Below the pieces are notes generated by a model. The model saw only the letters and a program-made list of their open reading frames with translations, ran no database searches and was not told the origin of the DNA. Below are positions 52,349 through 62,167 of a stretch of 64,000 nt of DNA, in pieces (within the stretch, counting starts at the first letter, position 1; each line of letters opens with the position of its first letter). This DNA comes from Candidatus Marinacidobacterales bacterium (GTDB taxonomy: Bacteria > Acidobacteriota > Vicinamibacteria > Marinacidobacterales > SMYC01), in contig OZ250169.1 in assembly GCA_965237955.1 (NCBI GenBank), positions 6,208,001-6,272,000 of the forward strand, written 5' to 3'. Position numbers and translations under genes: made by a program.

Positions 52349-52606
52349 CTCAACGCAAAGACGCCAAGACGCGGAGACGCAAAGAAAGGTCAGCATCTGA
52401 ATGCAGATCTTTGCGCCCTGCGGCGCTTGTTCGGGCTACGCGCCTCCCATTTCGGCAGGAAAGCAGGAGTCTCAGGAACTCAGGACGGGAAAGAGGACGC
52501 CAAAGATCACGCCGGTGAGAAAGACGCCACGCCCAGAGACTAAACAGAGGATCAGCGCCGAAGGCGCCCACTTTGCGCCTTTGCGACTCTGCGCCTTTGC
52601 GTTGAG
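52349..52606. repeat. MITE-like palindromic element with 9-mer repeats
   Basis: Perfect 12-bp terminal IR CTCAACGCAAAG/CTTTGCGTTGAG plus ACGCMAAG/CTTTGCG subrepeats. Confidence 0.75.
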
Positions 52607-52655
52607 ATTTTTTTCGCCGGAAACAAGCTTACTGACGTTAGCCGGCGCCAGCCGG

Positions 52656-53762
52656 TCAGCGCCGACCTTTCCGACCCGTGGCTCTAGCTGATGGCTGATG
52701 GCCGATGGCTGATGGCGCGACCTCCCGAATGATCTTGTAGACCATCGATGACACCGGCACGGTCGCCAACTCGTCGAGCCGGACCCATTTGCTAAGGCGA
52801 TCGTTCGGGACAGGCTTGACAGGACCTTCGAGCTTAGCGGAAAAAGCATACAAATCGATTCTTCGGTTCATGATGTTGTGCTTCACGCGCGCGAGCTCGG
52901 CGTCGGGCTGTACCGTGAGTCCGTATTTTTCGCGCGACTCCCTCGCAAGCGCCGCACGAGGACTTTCGCCCGCCAAGCACTCTCCTCCCGGGAACTCCCA
53001 CATATCTTTCATCACTTCGGTTCCGGTACGCCGATACATGAGATAGCTACCTCGTCGTTCGATGAGGGCAGCAGCCATCGTCACCCTAACGCTTGCCGGA
53101 CGCGGGGGCAGCTCGGGGAGCTCTTCCTCGAGCCCGAGTTTTCGAGCCTCGCAGTGGGCCCGGACCGGGCATACGAGGCAGCGTGGGTTTCTCGGCGTGC
53201 ACACGAGTGCACCCAATTCCATGAGGGCCTGGTTGAACTCCGCTACGGAACGCTTCGGGAGTATCTCCTCGGCCACGCGCCAAAGCTCGCGATTCGTTTC
53301 ACCGGTGCGTGGGTCTCCACGAACGACAAACCAGCGAGACAACACCCGCATCACGTTGCCATCCAAGATCGGGGCCCACTTGCCGAACGCGATCGAAACG
53401 ACCGCCCCCGCGGTATAGCGTCCCACTCCGGCGAGTTTCATCCAACTGGCAACGGTGTCGGGGAACTTGCCGCCGAGCTCCTCGACGATGGTCCCCGCGG
53501 CGCGATGAAGTGCGCGCGCGCGACGGTAGTAGCCGAGCCCAGACCACGCCGCGAGCACGTCCTCCTCGGAGGCGTGCGCGAGTGCATGGACGTCGGGGAA
53601 CGCGTCGACGAACCGCTCGAAGTACGGCACCACGGTGGCGATCTGGGTTTGCTGCAGCATGACCTCCGACAGCCATACCCGATAAGCGTCGGGGCTCTCG
53701 CGCCATGGAAGCGGGCGTCGATGTCGCCGGTACCATCGCAGTAGACGCGCGTTTCGGCTCAC
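52656..53762 (-). CDS. mutY: A/G-specific adenine glycosylase
   Basis: WLSEVMLQQTQ, WSGLGYY, GVGRYTA, CTPRNPRCLVCPVRAHC, NUDIX-like C-terminus. Confidence 0.95.
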   Translation of the reverse strand: MSRNARLLRWYRRHRRPLPWRESPDAYRVWLSEVMLQQTQIATVVPYFERFVDAFPDVHALAHASEEDVLAAWSGLGYYRRARALHRAAGTIVEELGGKFPDTVASWMKLAGVGRYTAGAVVSIAFGKWAPILDGNVMRVLSRWFVVRGDPRTGETNRELWRVAEEILPKRSVAEFNQALMELGALVCTPRNPRCLVCPVRAHCEARKLGLEEELPELPPRPASVRVTMAAALIERRGSYLMYRRTGTEVMKDMWEFPGGECLAGESPRAALARESREKYGLTVQPDAELARVKHNIMNRRIDLYAFSAKLEGPVKPVPNDRLSKWVRLDELATVPVSSMVYKIIREVAPSAIGHQPSARATGRKGRR

Positions 53763-53868
53763 GGCGGCATCGTATCAGACCCTTGATCAGCGACGGGATC
53801 GTTTTGGCGTCACGTCTTCGCCTTCGTTTGCACATCGAATCCGGCGAGGCTATCCTGGGCGCGCCATC

Positions 53869-54804
53869 ATGAGTCGCATTCCTCTGGACGAGCGCTACGT
53901 CGACCTCGGGGTCAAGGCTATCGACGAGGCGGACTTGGACAAAGCCCTCCGCTATCTGAGCCGGGCGCTGTCACTGAACCCGAGCTCCTATCTCGCGTAC
54001 TACAACCGCGGCGTAGCCTACGACCTGCAGGAGCGTCTCGAAGAGGCTCTCGCGGACTACGAGCGGGCGCTGGCCGTTCAAACGAACCACCTCGCGTCTC
54101 TGCACAATCGTGCCGTCATCCTCAGGGAGCTAGGCCGACCCGAGGAAGCAATCGTTGGGTTCGACCAGGTGCTTCGGTTCGAGCCCGACAGCAGCGACGT
54201 GCTCTACAACCGCGGCGCGGCGCTCGCAGACTTGAAGCGCTGGCCCGAAGCATTGCACGAATACGACCGGGCGATCGCAGCAGCCCCCGACACAGTCGCT
54301 GCGCGTATCGCGAAAGGCAACGCGTTTCTCGAGCTCGAGCAAATCGACATGGCCGTCGCCGCTGCAGAGGAAGTTCTCGCTATGGATGCCGGTTCGGTCG
54401 AGGGACATGTGCTCAAAGGTCTCGCGCGATTCGACGCCGGCAAGGCCGAGCAAGCGGTGCACGAGTTCACCCGTGCGCTCGGGACCACGCCCGATGACCA
54501 TAGCGCGCTGCTCCATCGCGGCATCGTGCTTCTACAGCTCGGTCGCAACCAGGAAGCGGCATTGGACCTCCAGTACGCGCTCAAGAATCATCCCGATTGC
54601 GATGAAGCGTTCTATCACCTGGCCATCGCTTACGTACACCTTGGCAATCGCGACGCCGCTATCGACGCACTTCAAACGGCAATCGACATCGATCCGCCCC
54701 GAAGAGCCGAAGCGAAGAAGGCGGCGGAGTTCGAACCGCTTCGCACCGAGCCACGGTTCAAAGCCGTCATCGGCGGAAAACGTGGAAGAAACCAAAGAAG
54801 CTGA
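53869..54804 (+). CDS. TPR-repeat protein
   Basis: Repeated AYYNRG/LYNRG TPR motifs. Confidence 0.9.
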   Translation: MSRIPLDERYVDLGVKAIDEADLDKALRYLSRALSLNPSSYLAYYNRGVAYDLQERLEEALADYERALAVQTNHLASLHNRAVILRELGRPEEAIVGFDQVLRFEPDSSDVLYNRGAALADLKRWPEALHEYDRAIAAAPDTVAARIAKGNAFLELEQIDMAVAAAEEVLAMDAGSVEGHVLKGLARFDAGKAEQAVHEFTRALGTTPDDHSALLHRGIVLLQLGRNQEAALDLQYALKNHPDCDEAFYHLAIAYVHLGNRDAAIDALQTAIDIDPPRRAEAKKAAEFEPLRTEPRFKAVIGGKRGRNQRS

Positions 54805-54952
54805 AACGCCCGCCCCAGGCGAAACGCCCGCCGGCAATCCCGAGGCGCTCGTCAGGACCTGCCCCAACTGCTCATCGACACTGAACGAAACCCGCTGCAA
54901 GCTCGTTTGCCCGAGGTGTCACTACTATATGAGCTGCTCGGATTATTATTGA
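54782..54952 (+). CDS. Small zinc-ribbon protein (56 aa)
   Basis: CPNC...CKLVCPRC..YMSCSDYY; GTG start inferred. Confidence 0.7.
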   Translation: MEETKEAETPAPGETPAGNPEALVRTCPNCSSTLNETRCKLVCPRCHYYMSCSDYY

Positions 54953-54954
54953 AA

Positions 54955-55983
54955 TCAGCATCCAGCATTCAGCGAGCTCAGCAACTGCTTCGCGAGTCTC
55001 TGATAATACGAAACCGCTTCCACCGCCTCGCGTTTCCCTAACTTCTCCGCGTTCGTGTGCGCGTCGTGGATCGAGCCTGGGCCCAAAAGAAGAGGCTTGC
55101 CGAAAGCGTGAAGGGCTGGGATATCGGTGCCGAAGGATACCGGGGCGGTGTCGAAGCCGGGCACCGTCTCGCAGAACACGGCGTCGGATTGATTGATGAT
55201 CTCGTAGCTCAACTTGGGGTGGCGCTCGAGAATGCGGTCTATTTTCGCTTGGACGTCCGCCACCTTCCCGACGACACGGATGAAGACATCGGATTCGGCC
55301 TCGGGTGCGAACACGTTCGCGGCGAGGCCTCCGTGAATCGTGCCCACGTTAATCGTAGCGTCGCCGAGCACCTCGTTCGTGCCCCAATCTTGGTTACGGA
55401 TCTCTGCGAGGGCGTCGAGTAAGAACGCGATCGCCGACTCGCCGAGATGCGGGTAAGCCGAATGCGCCGCCTTGCCGCGTGCCGTGAGCTTGAACTTGAA
55501 CGCGCCCTTGTGGCCCGTCGCCATGCGGTTTTCAGTCGGCTCGCCAACAACGACGTAGCGAGCGTCCGATTCGAGATCGTTAGCGACGATGGCCCCGGCA
55601 CTATCCACCTCTTCGCCGACGACGAAAAGAAGACCGACGTCGCGAATGCCGGCCTCACGAAGCGCCATCGTCGCCAGAACCATCGTCGCTGCAATCCCCT
55701 TCGCGTCGCACGAGCCCCGACCATAGATGTATTCGTCGTCTTCCGAGCTTTGATAAAACGGCGGTACGGTGTCGATGTGGGTGCAAAAGACCATGCGCGG
55801 TGAGACGCCTTCGTTGACCGCGTACACGTTCGGGCGTTCGGGCGCGACCTGTTGCAGGTTTACCGCAAACCCTTTCGCGGTCAGGTCGTCCCCGAGAAAA
55901 CGGGCGACCTCGCCTTCCTCGCCGCTGACCGATGGGATATCGATGATCTTCCGTATATAAGCAAAGAGCTCAAGCTCGTTCAT
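54955..55983 (-). CDS. M20 family metallo-hydrolase (ArgE/DapE-like)
   Basis: THIDTVPP, GRGSCDAKG, VGEE, GEPT, AHT. Confidence 0.9.
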   Translation of the reverse strand: MNELELFAYIRKIIDIPSVSGEEGEVARFLGDDLTAKGFAVNLQQVAPERPNVYAVNEGVSPRMVFCTHIDTVPPFYQSSEDDEYIYGRGSCDAKGIAATMVLATMALREAGIRDVGLLFVVGEEVDSAGAIVANDLESDARYVVVGEPTENRMATGHKGAFKFKLTARGKAAHSAYPHLGESAIAFLLDALAEIRNQDWGTNEVLGDATINVGTIHGGLAANVFAPEAESDVFIRVVGKVADVQAKIDRILERHPKLSYEIINQSDAVFCETVPGFDTAPVSFGTDIPALHAFGKPLLLGPGSIHDAHTNAEKLGKREAVEAVSYYQRLAKQLLSSLNAGC

Positions 55984-56519
55984 GACTTATTCTTCCCCAC
56001 CTTGGAGGCAAGCATAATGCTTCGGCCCTCTGGATCGGTCGTCGTCACCACGCGGTAGCCCCACGGCATTTCCTGGGGAGGCCCCATGAACGCTGCGCCT
56101 TTGGCAATGAGCTGCGCGTAGGCCTTGTCCACGTCTTTGACGACGAAATAGAGAGTCGGCTCTTTCGGAAGAGGCTGCTCCCCGTGCATGTCGGGATGAG
56201 GCGGCATGAAACCAATCGTCGAGCTTTCGGAGGTCCTCACCATCAAATAGTTGAGCCCTTCGGTATCGCGCGTCTCGGTCTCGAGCTCCAGAATCTGGTC
56301 GTAGAACTTCCGAAGCTGATCGACCTTGTAAGTCAGGAAGTCGACGTGTTGGGTCTGGATGCGGAGCGCGCTCGCACCTCGGCGTTTCCCAGGTTTTTTC
56401 GACGCGGCTTTGGCCCGTGATTTGGCTTTGATCGTCCTCGACTTCTTCGCGGCGGACGTTTTCGTCACCGCATTGCTCGCGCGACTCGTCTTCTTCGTGC
56501 GGCTGGCCTTTTTCGCCAT
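55980..56519 (-). CDS. VOC/glyoxalase family protein with Lys-rich N-terminal tail
   Basis: FYDQIL, LYFVVKDVD, MPWGYR, DPEG; start MAKKASR. Confidence 0.85.
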   Translation of the reverse strand: MAKKASRTKKTSRASNAVTKTSAAKKSRTIKAKSRAKAASKKPGKRRGASALRIQTQHVDFLTYKVDQLRKFYDQILELETETRDTEGLNYLMVRTSESSTIGFMPPHPDMHGEQPLPKEPTLYFVVKDVDKAYAQLIAKGAAFMGPPQEMPWGYRVVTTTDPEGRSIMLASKVGKNKS

Positions 56520-56523
56520 GGTA

Positions 56524-57582
56524 TTACTGTCGATCGGCGAGGCTCTTCCAATACCGGCTGTGAGACTTCCGTACGTCGCGCACCAGCTCACGAGCGGCGT
56601 CGCCAGGATCATCCACCGACGGACGCTCACCGCTCGACACCATCACTGTGAGCACCGACACGATCGATTTCTCGAGCGCACCGAGATCGTACCCCCCTTC
56701 GAGTACGAAAACAGTCCGCCCCGCGCACGTGCTTCGAGCCAGCCGCAAAATCTCCGCGGTCATGGCCGCATAGCCGTCCCGGGTGACGTTCATCCCTCCG
56801 AGGGGGTCGTCCCGATGGGCATCGAATCCCGCGGAGACGAGGACGAGCTCAGGAGCGAACTCCTGTCCAACCGGCACGACGACGTCCGAGAACACACTCA
56901 CGTACTCCGCATCGCCCATGCCCGGCGGCATCGGTACGTTCAGGGTGAACCCTTCGCCCTCGTCTTTTCCGACCTCATCCAGAGCGCCGGTGCCGGGATA
57001 GTGCGGTGATTGATGTGTCGAAACGTAGAGCACTTCGGGCGACGTGTAAAACGCCTTCTGCGTGCCGTTGCCGTGGTGCACATCGAAATCGATGACGAGG
57101 ATTCGCTTCAGCTGAAAACGCTGCTGTGCGTACCTCGCTGCGATGGCGACGTTGTTGAACACGCAAAACCCCATCGCCTTGTCCGGTTTCGCGTGATGGC
57201 CGGGAGGACGCGAGAACGCGAACGCACTTTCGACCTTGCCATCCAACACCGCCTCGACGCCTATTAGCGCCGCTCCCGCCGCCAGATGGGCCACCATCGC
57301 GGTATCTCTCGACGCGACGGTGTCGGCATCGAGAAACGTCTTGTCGCGGTTTCCAGACGCGATGACCTCTTCGTATAGGCGGTCCCAATGGACGAGAAGG
57401 ATTTCGTCTCGCTCCGCAGGTCGAGGCGTCAGCGGTTCGAGCTTGCCCGAAAGCGAGGCGTCGTCGAGAGCACGGGACACGGCGTCGACCCGCAACCCCG
57501 ATTCGGGATGTCCCTTACCGGTGTCGTGTTTCTTGAGCTCCTCGGTGAAAACGACGCCTGTCCTCATCCCCTCACCTGTCAT
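56524..57582 (-). CDS. Histone deacetylase family protein
   Basis: RPPGHHA, GFCVFNN, DFDVHHGNGTQ, SAGFD, LEGGY. Confidence 0.95.
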   Translation of the reverse strand: MTGEGMRTGVVFTEELKKHDTGKGHPESGLRVDAVSRALDDASLSGKLEPLTPRPAERDEILLVHWDRLYEEVIASGNRDKTFLDADTVASRDTAMVAHLAAGAALIGVEAVLDGKVESAFAFSRPPGHHAKPDKAMGFCVFNNVAIAARYAQQRFQLKRILVIDFDVHHGNGTQKAFYTSPEVLYVSTHQSPHYPGTGALDEVGKDEGEGFTLNVPMPPGMGDAEYVSVFSDVVVPVGQEFAPELVLVSAGFDAHRDDPLGGMNVTRDGYAAMTAEILRLARSTCAGRTVFVLEGGYDLGALEKSIVSVLTVMVSSGERPSVDDPGDAARELVRDVRKSHSRYWKSLADRQ

Positions 57583-57624
57583 GGAGCCGGACGTTCATGC
57601 AGGCGTACACGCTGGTGTCTCCCC

Positions 57625-58872
57625 TCATCCTTTCGCCGGATAGCGTCTGAACAAAAGGGCCGCGTTGGTGCCGCCGAATCCGAACGAGTTCGACAACGCA
57701 TAGTCGAACTCTAACTTTCGCGCTTCGTTGGGAACGTAGTCCAAATCACATTCCGGGTCGGGAGTCTCGTAGTTCATCGTCGGAGGCACGACCTGCTCTC
57801 TCAGCGCGAGCACGGTGATTCCCGCCTCGAGTCCACCGGAGCCGCCGAGGAGGTGCCCGGTCATCGACTTGGTAGAGCTCACCTTGAGCATCTCGGCGTG
57901 CTCTCCGAACACCGCCCGGATCGCCATCGTCTCGGTACGATCGTTGTAAGGCGTCGAGGTGCCGTGCGCGTTGACGTAGCCGACCACGCTCGGCTCGACG
58001 CCTGCATCCGATATGGCGTTTCGCATGACACGTTTCGCCCCATCACCATCCTCGGAGGGAGTGGTCATGTGAAACGCGTCGGAGCTCATCCCATAGCCGA
58101 CAAGCTCTGCATAGACCGGCGCGCCCCGCGCTCTCGCACTCTCGAGCTCCTCGAGGATGACAACGCCCGCACCTTCTCCGACGACAAACCCGTCACGGTT
58201 CTTGTCGAACGGGCGCGAAGCCGTGGCGGGATCGTCGTTGCGCGTCGAAAGCGCCCTCATCGCCGCGAACCCACCCACTCCCATCGGGGTGATCGCGGCT
58301 TCGGAGCCCCCGGCAATCATCGCGTCGGCGTCACCCCGTTGGATGATCTTCATCGCGTCGCCGATGGCGTGGGCACTCGCCGAGCATGCGGTGGCGGATG
58401 CGGAGTTGGGACCCTTTGCGCCGAATCGAATCGAGACGTGCCCAGCAGCCAGGTTGATAATCATGGCGGGAATGAAAAACGGGGAAATCTTCCTCGGCCC
58501 ACTCGTAAGCAGCACCGAATGTTCTTTTTCGATGGTGGCGAAGCCACCGATGCCGGAGCTGATGTAAACACCCACACGCTCGGCGTTTGCCTCCCCGATC
58601 GAAAGCCTAGAATCTTCCATCGCGAACGTCGACGCCGCGAGAGCGTACTGGATAAAGGCGTCCATCTTCTTGACGTCTTTTTTCGAAACGTAGCTGAGCG
58701 GATCGAAGTCCTTCACCTCGCCGGCGATACGAACGCTGAAATCGGCAGGGTCGAAGTGAGTAATCGGACCGATACCGGACGTGCCCGATAACAGACCGTC
58801 CCATGTCTGTTTGGTGCCTACGCCGAGCGCGGAAACGAGCCCCACGCCGGTGACGACGACTCTACGGCTCAA
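57625..58872 (-). CDS. fabF: 3-oxoacyl-ACP synthase II
   Basis: [33 protein letters not shown]. Confidence 0.96.
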   Translation of the reverse strand: MSRRVVVTGVGLVSALGVGTKQTWDGLLSGTSGIGPITHFDPADFSVRIAGEVKDFDPLSYVSKKDVKKMDAFIQYALAASTFAMEDSRLSIGEANAERVGVYISSGIGGFATIEKEHSVLLTSGPRKISPFFIPAMIINLAAGHVSIRFGAKGPNSASATACSASAHAIGDAMKIIQRGDADAMIAGGSEAAITPMGVGGFAAMRALSTRNDDPATASRPFDKNRDGFVVGEGAGVVILEELESARARGAPVYAELVGYGMSSDAFHMTTPSEDGDGAKRVMRNAISDAGVEPSVVGYVNAHGTSTPYNDRTETMAIRAVFGEHAEMLKVSSTKSMTGHLLGGSGGLEAGITVLALREQVVPPTMNYETPDPECDLDYVPNEARKLEFDYALSNSFGFGGTNAALLFRRYPAKG

Positions 58873-58884
58873 TCGGACCTCGCG

Positions 58885-59121
58885 CTACTTCTTGTTCGCG
58901 GTGATGTAGGACACCGCCTCTTTCACGCGGGTGATCTTCTCCGCATCCTCGTCCGGGATCTCGAGACCGAACTCCTCTTCGAGCGCCATGACGAGCTCGA
59001 CCTGGTCGAGAGAGTCAGCACCGAGGTCGTCGACGAAAGCAGCATCTTCGGTGACCTGATCTAGGTCGACGCCGAGCTGCTCGACGATAATGCCTTTGAC
59101 CTTTTCTGGAATATTGCTCAT
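58885..59121 (-). CDS. acpP: Acyl carrier protein
   Basis: [18 protein letters not shown]. Confidence 0.96.
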   Translation of the reverse strand: MSNIPEKVKGIIVEQLGVDLDQVTEDAAFVDDLGADSLDQVELVMALEEEFGLEIPDEDAEKITRVKEAVSYITANKK

Positions 59122-59132
59122 CGAAATCCTCC

Positions 59133-59867
59133 TCACATGTACAAACCACCATTAACTTGTAAAACTTGTCCGGTAACGTAACCCGCACCCTCGGATGCGA
59201 GATAAAGCACCGCGTTTGCGACTTCGCTCGGCTGCCCGATCCGATGCATCGGAATCGCCTCTCGCAACGCGTCGGTCGCGTCCGAGGGAAGAGCTCTCGT
59301 CATATCCGTCTCGATATATCCCGGGGCGACCGCGTTGACGGTAACGTTCCGGGAAGCCACCTCTCGGGCCAACGACTTGGTAAATCCGAGCATGGCCGCT
59401 TTCGAAGCCGCGTAGTTCACTTGACCTGCGTTTCCCATCAATCCCACGACCGAGCTCATGTTGATAATGCGGCCCGAACGCTGGCGAATCATAGGTCGCA
59501 AGACCGCTTGGCTGCAATAGTAGAGCCCGTTGAGGTTGGTGGCGATGACCGTGTCCCAATCCTCGGGCTTCATACGCATGAGCAAGTTGTCCCGGGTAAT
59601 GCCGGCGTTGTTGACGAGGATATCGAGGTGGCCACGCTTCTCGAGCACCGACTTGATCGCGGTGTCGACGGCCGCGCGGTCGGAAACGTCCATGGCGATG
59701 CCCGAGGCCGCCGCCCCGAGCTCTTCCGCGGCGGCGCGCGCCGTTTCCTGGTTACGTCCCGTCAAAACGACACTGACACCGCGCTCTGCAAGAGCGGACG
59801 CGATCGCGCGACCAATACCGCGCGAGCCTCCGGTGACGAGGGCGACCTTGCCGTCCCATTCAGACAA
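59133..59867 (-). CDS. fabG: 3-oxoacyl-ACP reductase
   Basis: [21 protein letters not shown]. Confidence 0.96.
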   Translation of the reverse strand: MSEWDGKVALVTGGSRGIGRAIASALAERGVSVVLTGRNQETARAAAEELGAAASGIAMDVSDRAAVDTAIKSVLEKRGHLDILVNNAGITRDNLLMRMKPEDWDTVIATNLNGLYYCSQAVLRPMIRQRSGRIINMSSVVGLMGNAGQVNYAASKAAMLGFTKSLAREVASRNVTVNAVAPGYIETDMTRALPSDATDALREAIPMHRIGQPSEVANAVLYLASEGAGYVTGQVLQVNGGLYM

Positions 59868-60804
59868 GGCTCGCCTCCCTCAAACGCTGGATACCCTCGG
59901 GAGAGCTCACCGAGAACGTTTCTGCGGCTCTCGTGATTTTCTTGACGAGGCGGGATAGCACCTTCCCCGGCCCGATCTCGACGAACCGGCGCACACCAGC
60001 GGAGACCATCCCATCGATGATTGCTTCCCAGCGTACTGGAGATGCCACTTGCCGCTCGAGCGCGTCTTTCGCCTGGGCGCCGCTGGTAATCGGTTTCGCG
60101 TCTACGTTGGTGAAAAGCGGCACGTCGAGCTCGGAAAAATCCGTGTTGTCCAAGTCACCCTTGAGCTTGACCGCCGCCGGCTCCATGAGCCGACAGTGAA
60201 ACGGTGCGCTGACGGCGAGAGGTAGCGCGCGACGGGCTCCGCGCTCTTTCGCGAGCTCGCACGCCCGAGCCACGGCTCCCTTGTGACCGGCAATGACGAC
60301 TTGCTTGCCGCCGTTCAGGTTCGCTGGCTCCACGACTTCGTTTTGGGCGGCATCGCGACAGACGCGTTCCACGTCTTCGACCGAGAGGCCAAGGACAGCG
60401 GCCATCGCGCCAACGCCGACGGGGACGGCTTCCTGCATGTAGCGACCGCGATTGCGGACGACTGTGACCGCGTTTTCGAGCGACAGAGCACCCGCGGCGA
60501 CGAGCGCGGAATACTCACCGAGGCTGTGGCCCGCGACGTAGTCCGGTTTTGCCCCTCTCGCGCGTAGTACTTCTGAAAGCGCTATGCTCGTGGTCAGGAT
60601 CGCGGGCTGGGTATTCTCCGTCAACTTGAGCTCGTCGTCAGGTCCCTCGAAGCAGAGCGTCGACAGTGAGAACCCTAGCGTCTCGTCCGCGACTTCGAAC
60701 ACACGTCGAGCCTCCTGGTAGCGTTCGGCGGCGTCTTTCCCCATTCCGGCGGCTTGCGAGCCTTGTCCGGGAAACAGAAACGCAACTTTACCTTCACGGC
60801 TCAT
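59860..60804 (-). CDS. fabD: Malonyl-CoA-ACP transacylase
   Basis: FPGQGSQ, GHSLGE, VSAPFH. Confidence 0.96.
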   Translation of the reverse strand: MSREGKVAFLFPGQGSQAAGMGKDAAERYQEARRVFEVADETLGFSLSTLCFEGPDDELKLTENTQPAILTTSIALSEVLRARGAKPDYVAGHSLGEYSALVAAGALSLENAVTVVRNRGRYMQEAVPVGVGAMAAVLGLSVEDVERVCRDAAQNEVVEPANLNGGKQVVIAGHKGAVARACELAKERGARRALPLAVSAPFHCRLMEPAAVKLKGDLDNTDFSELDVPLFTNVDAKPITSGAQAKDALERQVASPVRWEAIIDGMVSAGVRRFVEIGPGKVLSRLVKKITRAAETFSVSSPEGIQRLREASLV

Positions 60805-60856
60805 CGCAGCTTGCTTCCTATGTCGAGGACGACGTGTGTGATCGAAAACGAACGAG

Positions 60857-60969
60857 CCGCCTTCTCGAGCGAGCCTGTCGAGCGGAGGGCTAGGCCGAAG
60901 GCCGAACTGGAACCCGCCTTCCGCAGCGAGCCTGTCGAGCGGAGGGCTAGGCCGAAGGCCGAACTGGAA
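60857..60969. repeat. Tandem pair of 56-bp repeats
   Basis: 60857-60912 and 60914-60969, three mismatches. Confidence 0.9.
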
Positions 60970-61033
60970 GGATGCTGCAACGCCTCAGCGCCGAAAAGGA
61001 CCCGGAAATTGCGACAAGATCAGTGGGTCCAAG

Positions 61034-61216
61034 CTAGATTTCCTTGACTTCCATGACTTGGGCACCTTTGTAGTGCCCACAGCTAGGACATACCCGGTGT
61101 GGCTGTTTGGGCTGGTGACAGTTCGGGCACTCCGAGAGCGGTTTCTGGACAAGGGCGTCGTGGGCGCGACGCTTGCCTCTGCGGCTCTTCGAATGACGCC
61201 TCTTGGGATTAGCCAT
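61034..61216 (-). CDS. rpmF: 50S ribosomal protein L32
   Basis: MANPKRRHSKSR...CPNC...PHRVCPSCGHYKG. Confidence 0.96.
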   Translation of the reverse strand: MANPKRRHSKSRRGKRRAHDALVQKPLSECPNCHQPKQPHRVCPSCGHYKGAQVMEVKEI

Positions 61217-61269
61217 GTTTCAATAATCTCCATGTACTCGCGGGACGTTCTTCAACTGGCCTACTGGGC

Positions 61270-61800
61270 TCAGGGCTCGAGGAGCCTTTTCAGCGATTGC
61301 CACCTCGGATCGACAGCGTCGCGGACACAAGAACAGCTCTTGATGTTGCGGTTCACACCACAGTCCGGACACAGTCCCTGGCAGTCAGGCTTGCAAACGG
61401 GCTTCATCGGCAGCGCCAGCACAATCTGTTCCCAAATCATATGAGCGAGATCGATTTCATCATCTCGGTAGAAGCTGACAGCAAGCTCTTCGTCACCCAA
61501 ACCATGTTCGTTTTCCCCACCGAGGGCGACGTTATCGGATTGGGGCAGATACAAGAGGTCCAGATCTTCCAGCACCTCCGCTCTAAACGACTCTAGACAG
61601 CGGACACACGAAAACTCGACTTCGGAGGCGAGCCGACCGCTGAGGCGATAGGCGGCGCCGCCGGCTCTGACGAGCCGCCCGGAAACATTCACCTCCCCCG
61701 TGATCCGAAACTCGCGTGCGTCGATGGAAAGAGACGATGGGTCCACCGATCGATCGATGACCTGCCCCTCTGGGGGCACCCTCTCCAAATCGACTAACAC
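61270..61800 (-). CDS. yceD: YceD/DUF177 family protein
   Basis: CVRCL, LALPMKPVCKPDCQGLC, DPRW; upstream of rpmF. Confidence 0.92.
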   Translation of the reverse strand: MLVDLERVPPEGQVIDRSVDPSSLSIDAREFRITGEVNVSGRLVRAGGAAYRLSGRLASEVEFSCVRCLESFRAEVLEDLDLLYLPQSDNVALGGENEHGLGDEELAVSFYRDDEIDLAHMIWEQIVLALPMKPVCKPDCQGLCPDCGVNRNIKSCSCVRDAVDPRWQSLKRLLEP

Positions 61801-61903
61801 CTTGAGCCCCTTGCGTTAAGCCGTGAATTATAGCACGCGCGGGACCGCAGTCACCGGAGGGAGGCAAAAGGATATAAAAAACGAATATAAAAAGAGGCTT
61901 GAT

Positions 61904-62167
61904 CTACTCCTTTTTGTCACCCTGCCCGACAACCTCGTCGAGATTCATGTAGTTGCCGAACTGGCGGTTGCCACTTATCGTGGACACCGCGTGTTTGAAA
62001 AGCATCTGGTCCACGCCGTTGGTTTCGAGAATGATCGCGAAGCGATCGAAGTTCTTGATCCGGCCACTGAGCTTGGCGCCGTTGACGAGATAGACGGTTA
62101 CGTTGACGCGCTCTCTGCGGGCGTGGTTCAGGAAGGCGTCTTGCACGTTAGGAGGCGGTTTCTGCAT
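61904..62167 (-). CDS. hfq: RNA chaperone Hfq
   Basis: QDAFLN, VYLVNG.KLSG, FKHAVSTI; downstream of miaA. Confidence 0.95.
   Translation of the reverse strand: MQKPPPNVQDAFLNHARRERVNVTVYLVNGAKLSGRIKNFDRFAIILETNGVDQMLFKHAVSTISGNRQFGNYMNLDEVVGQGDKKE

Noticed and set aside
60857-60969. CRISPR array
   Set aside because: Only two 56-bp units with a 1-nt gap, no spacers, no cas genes.
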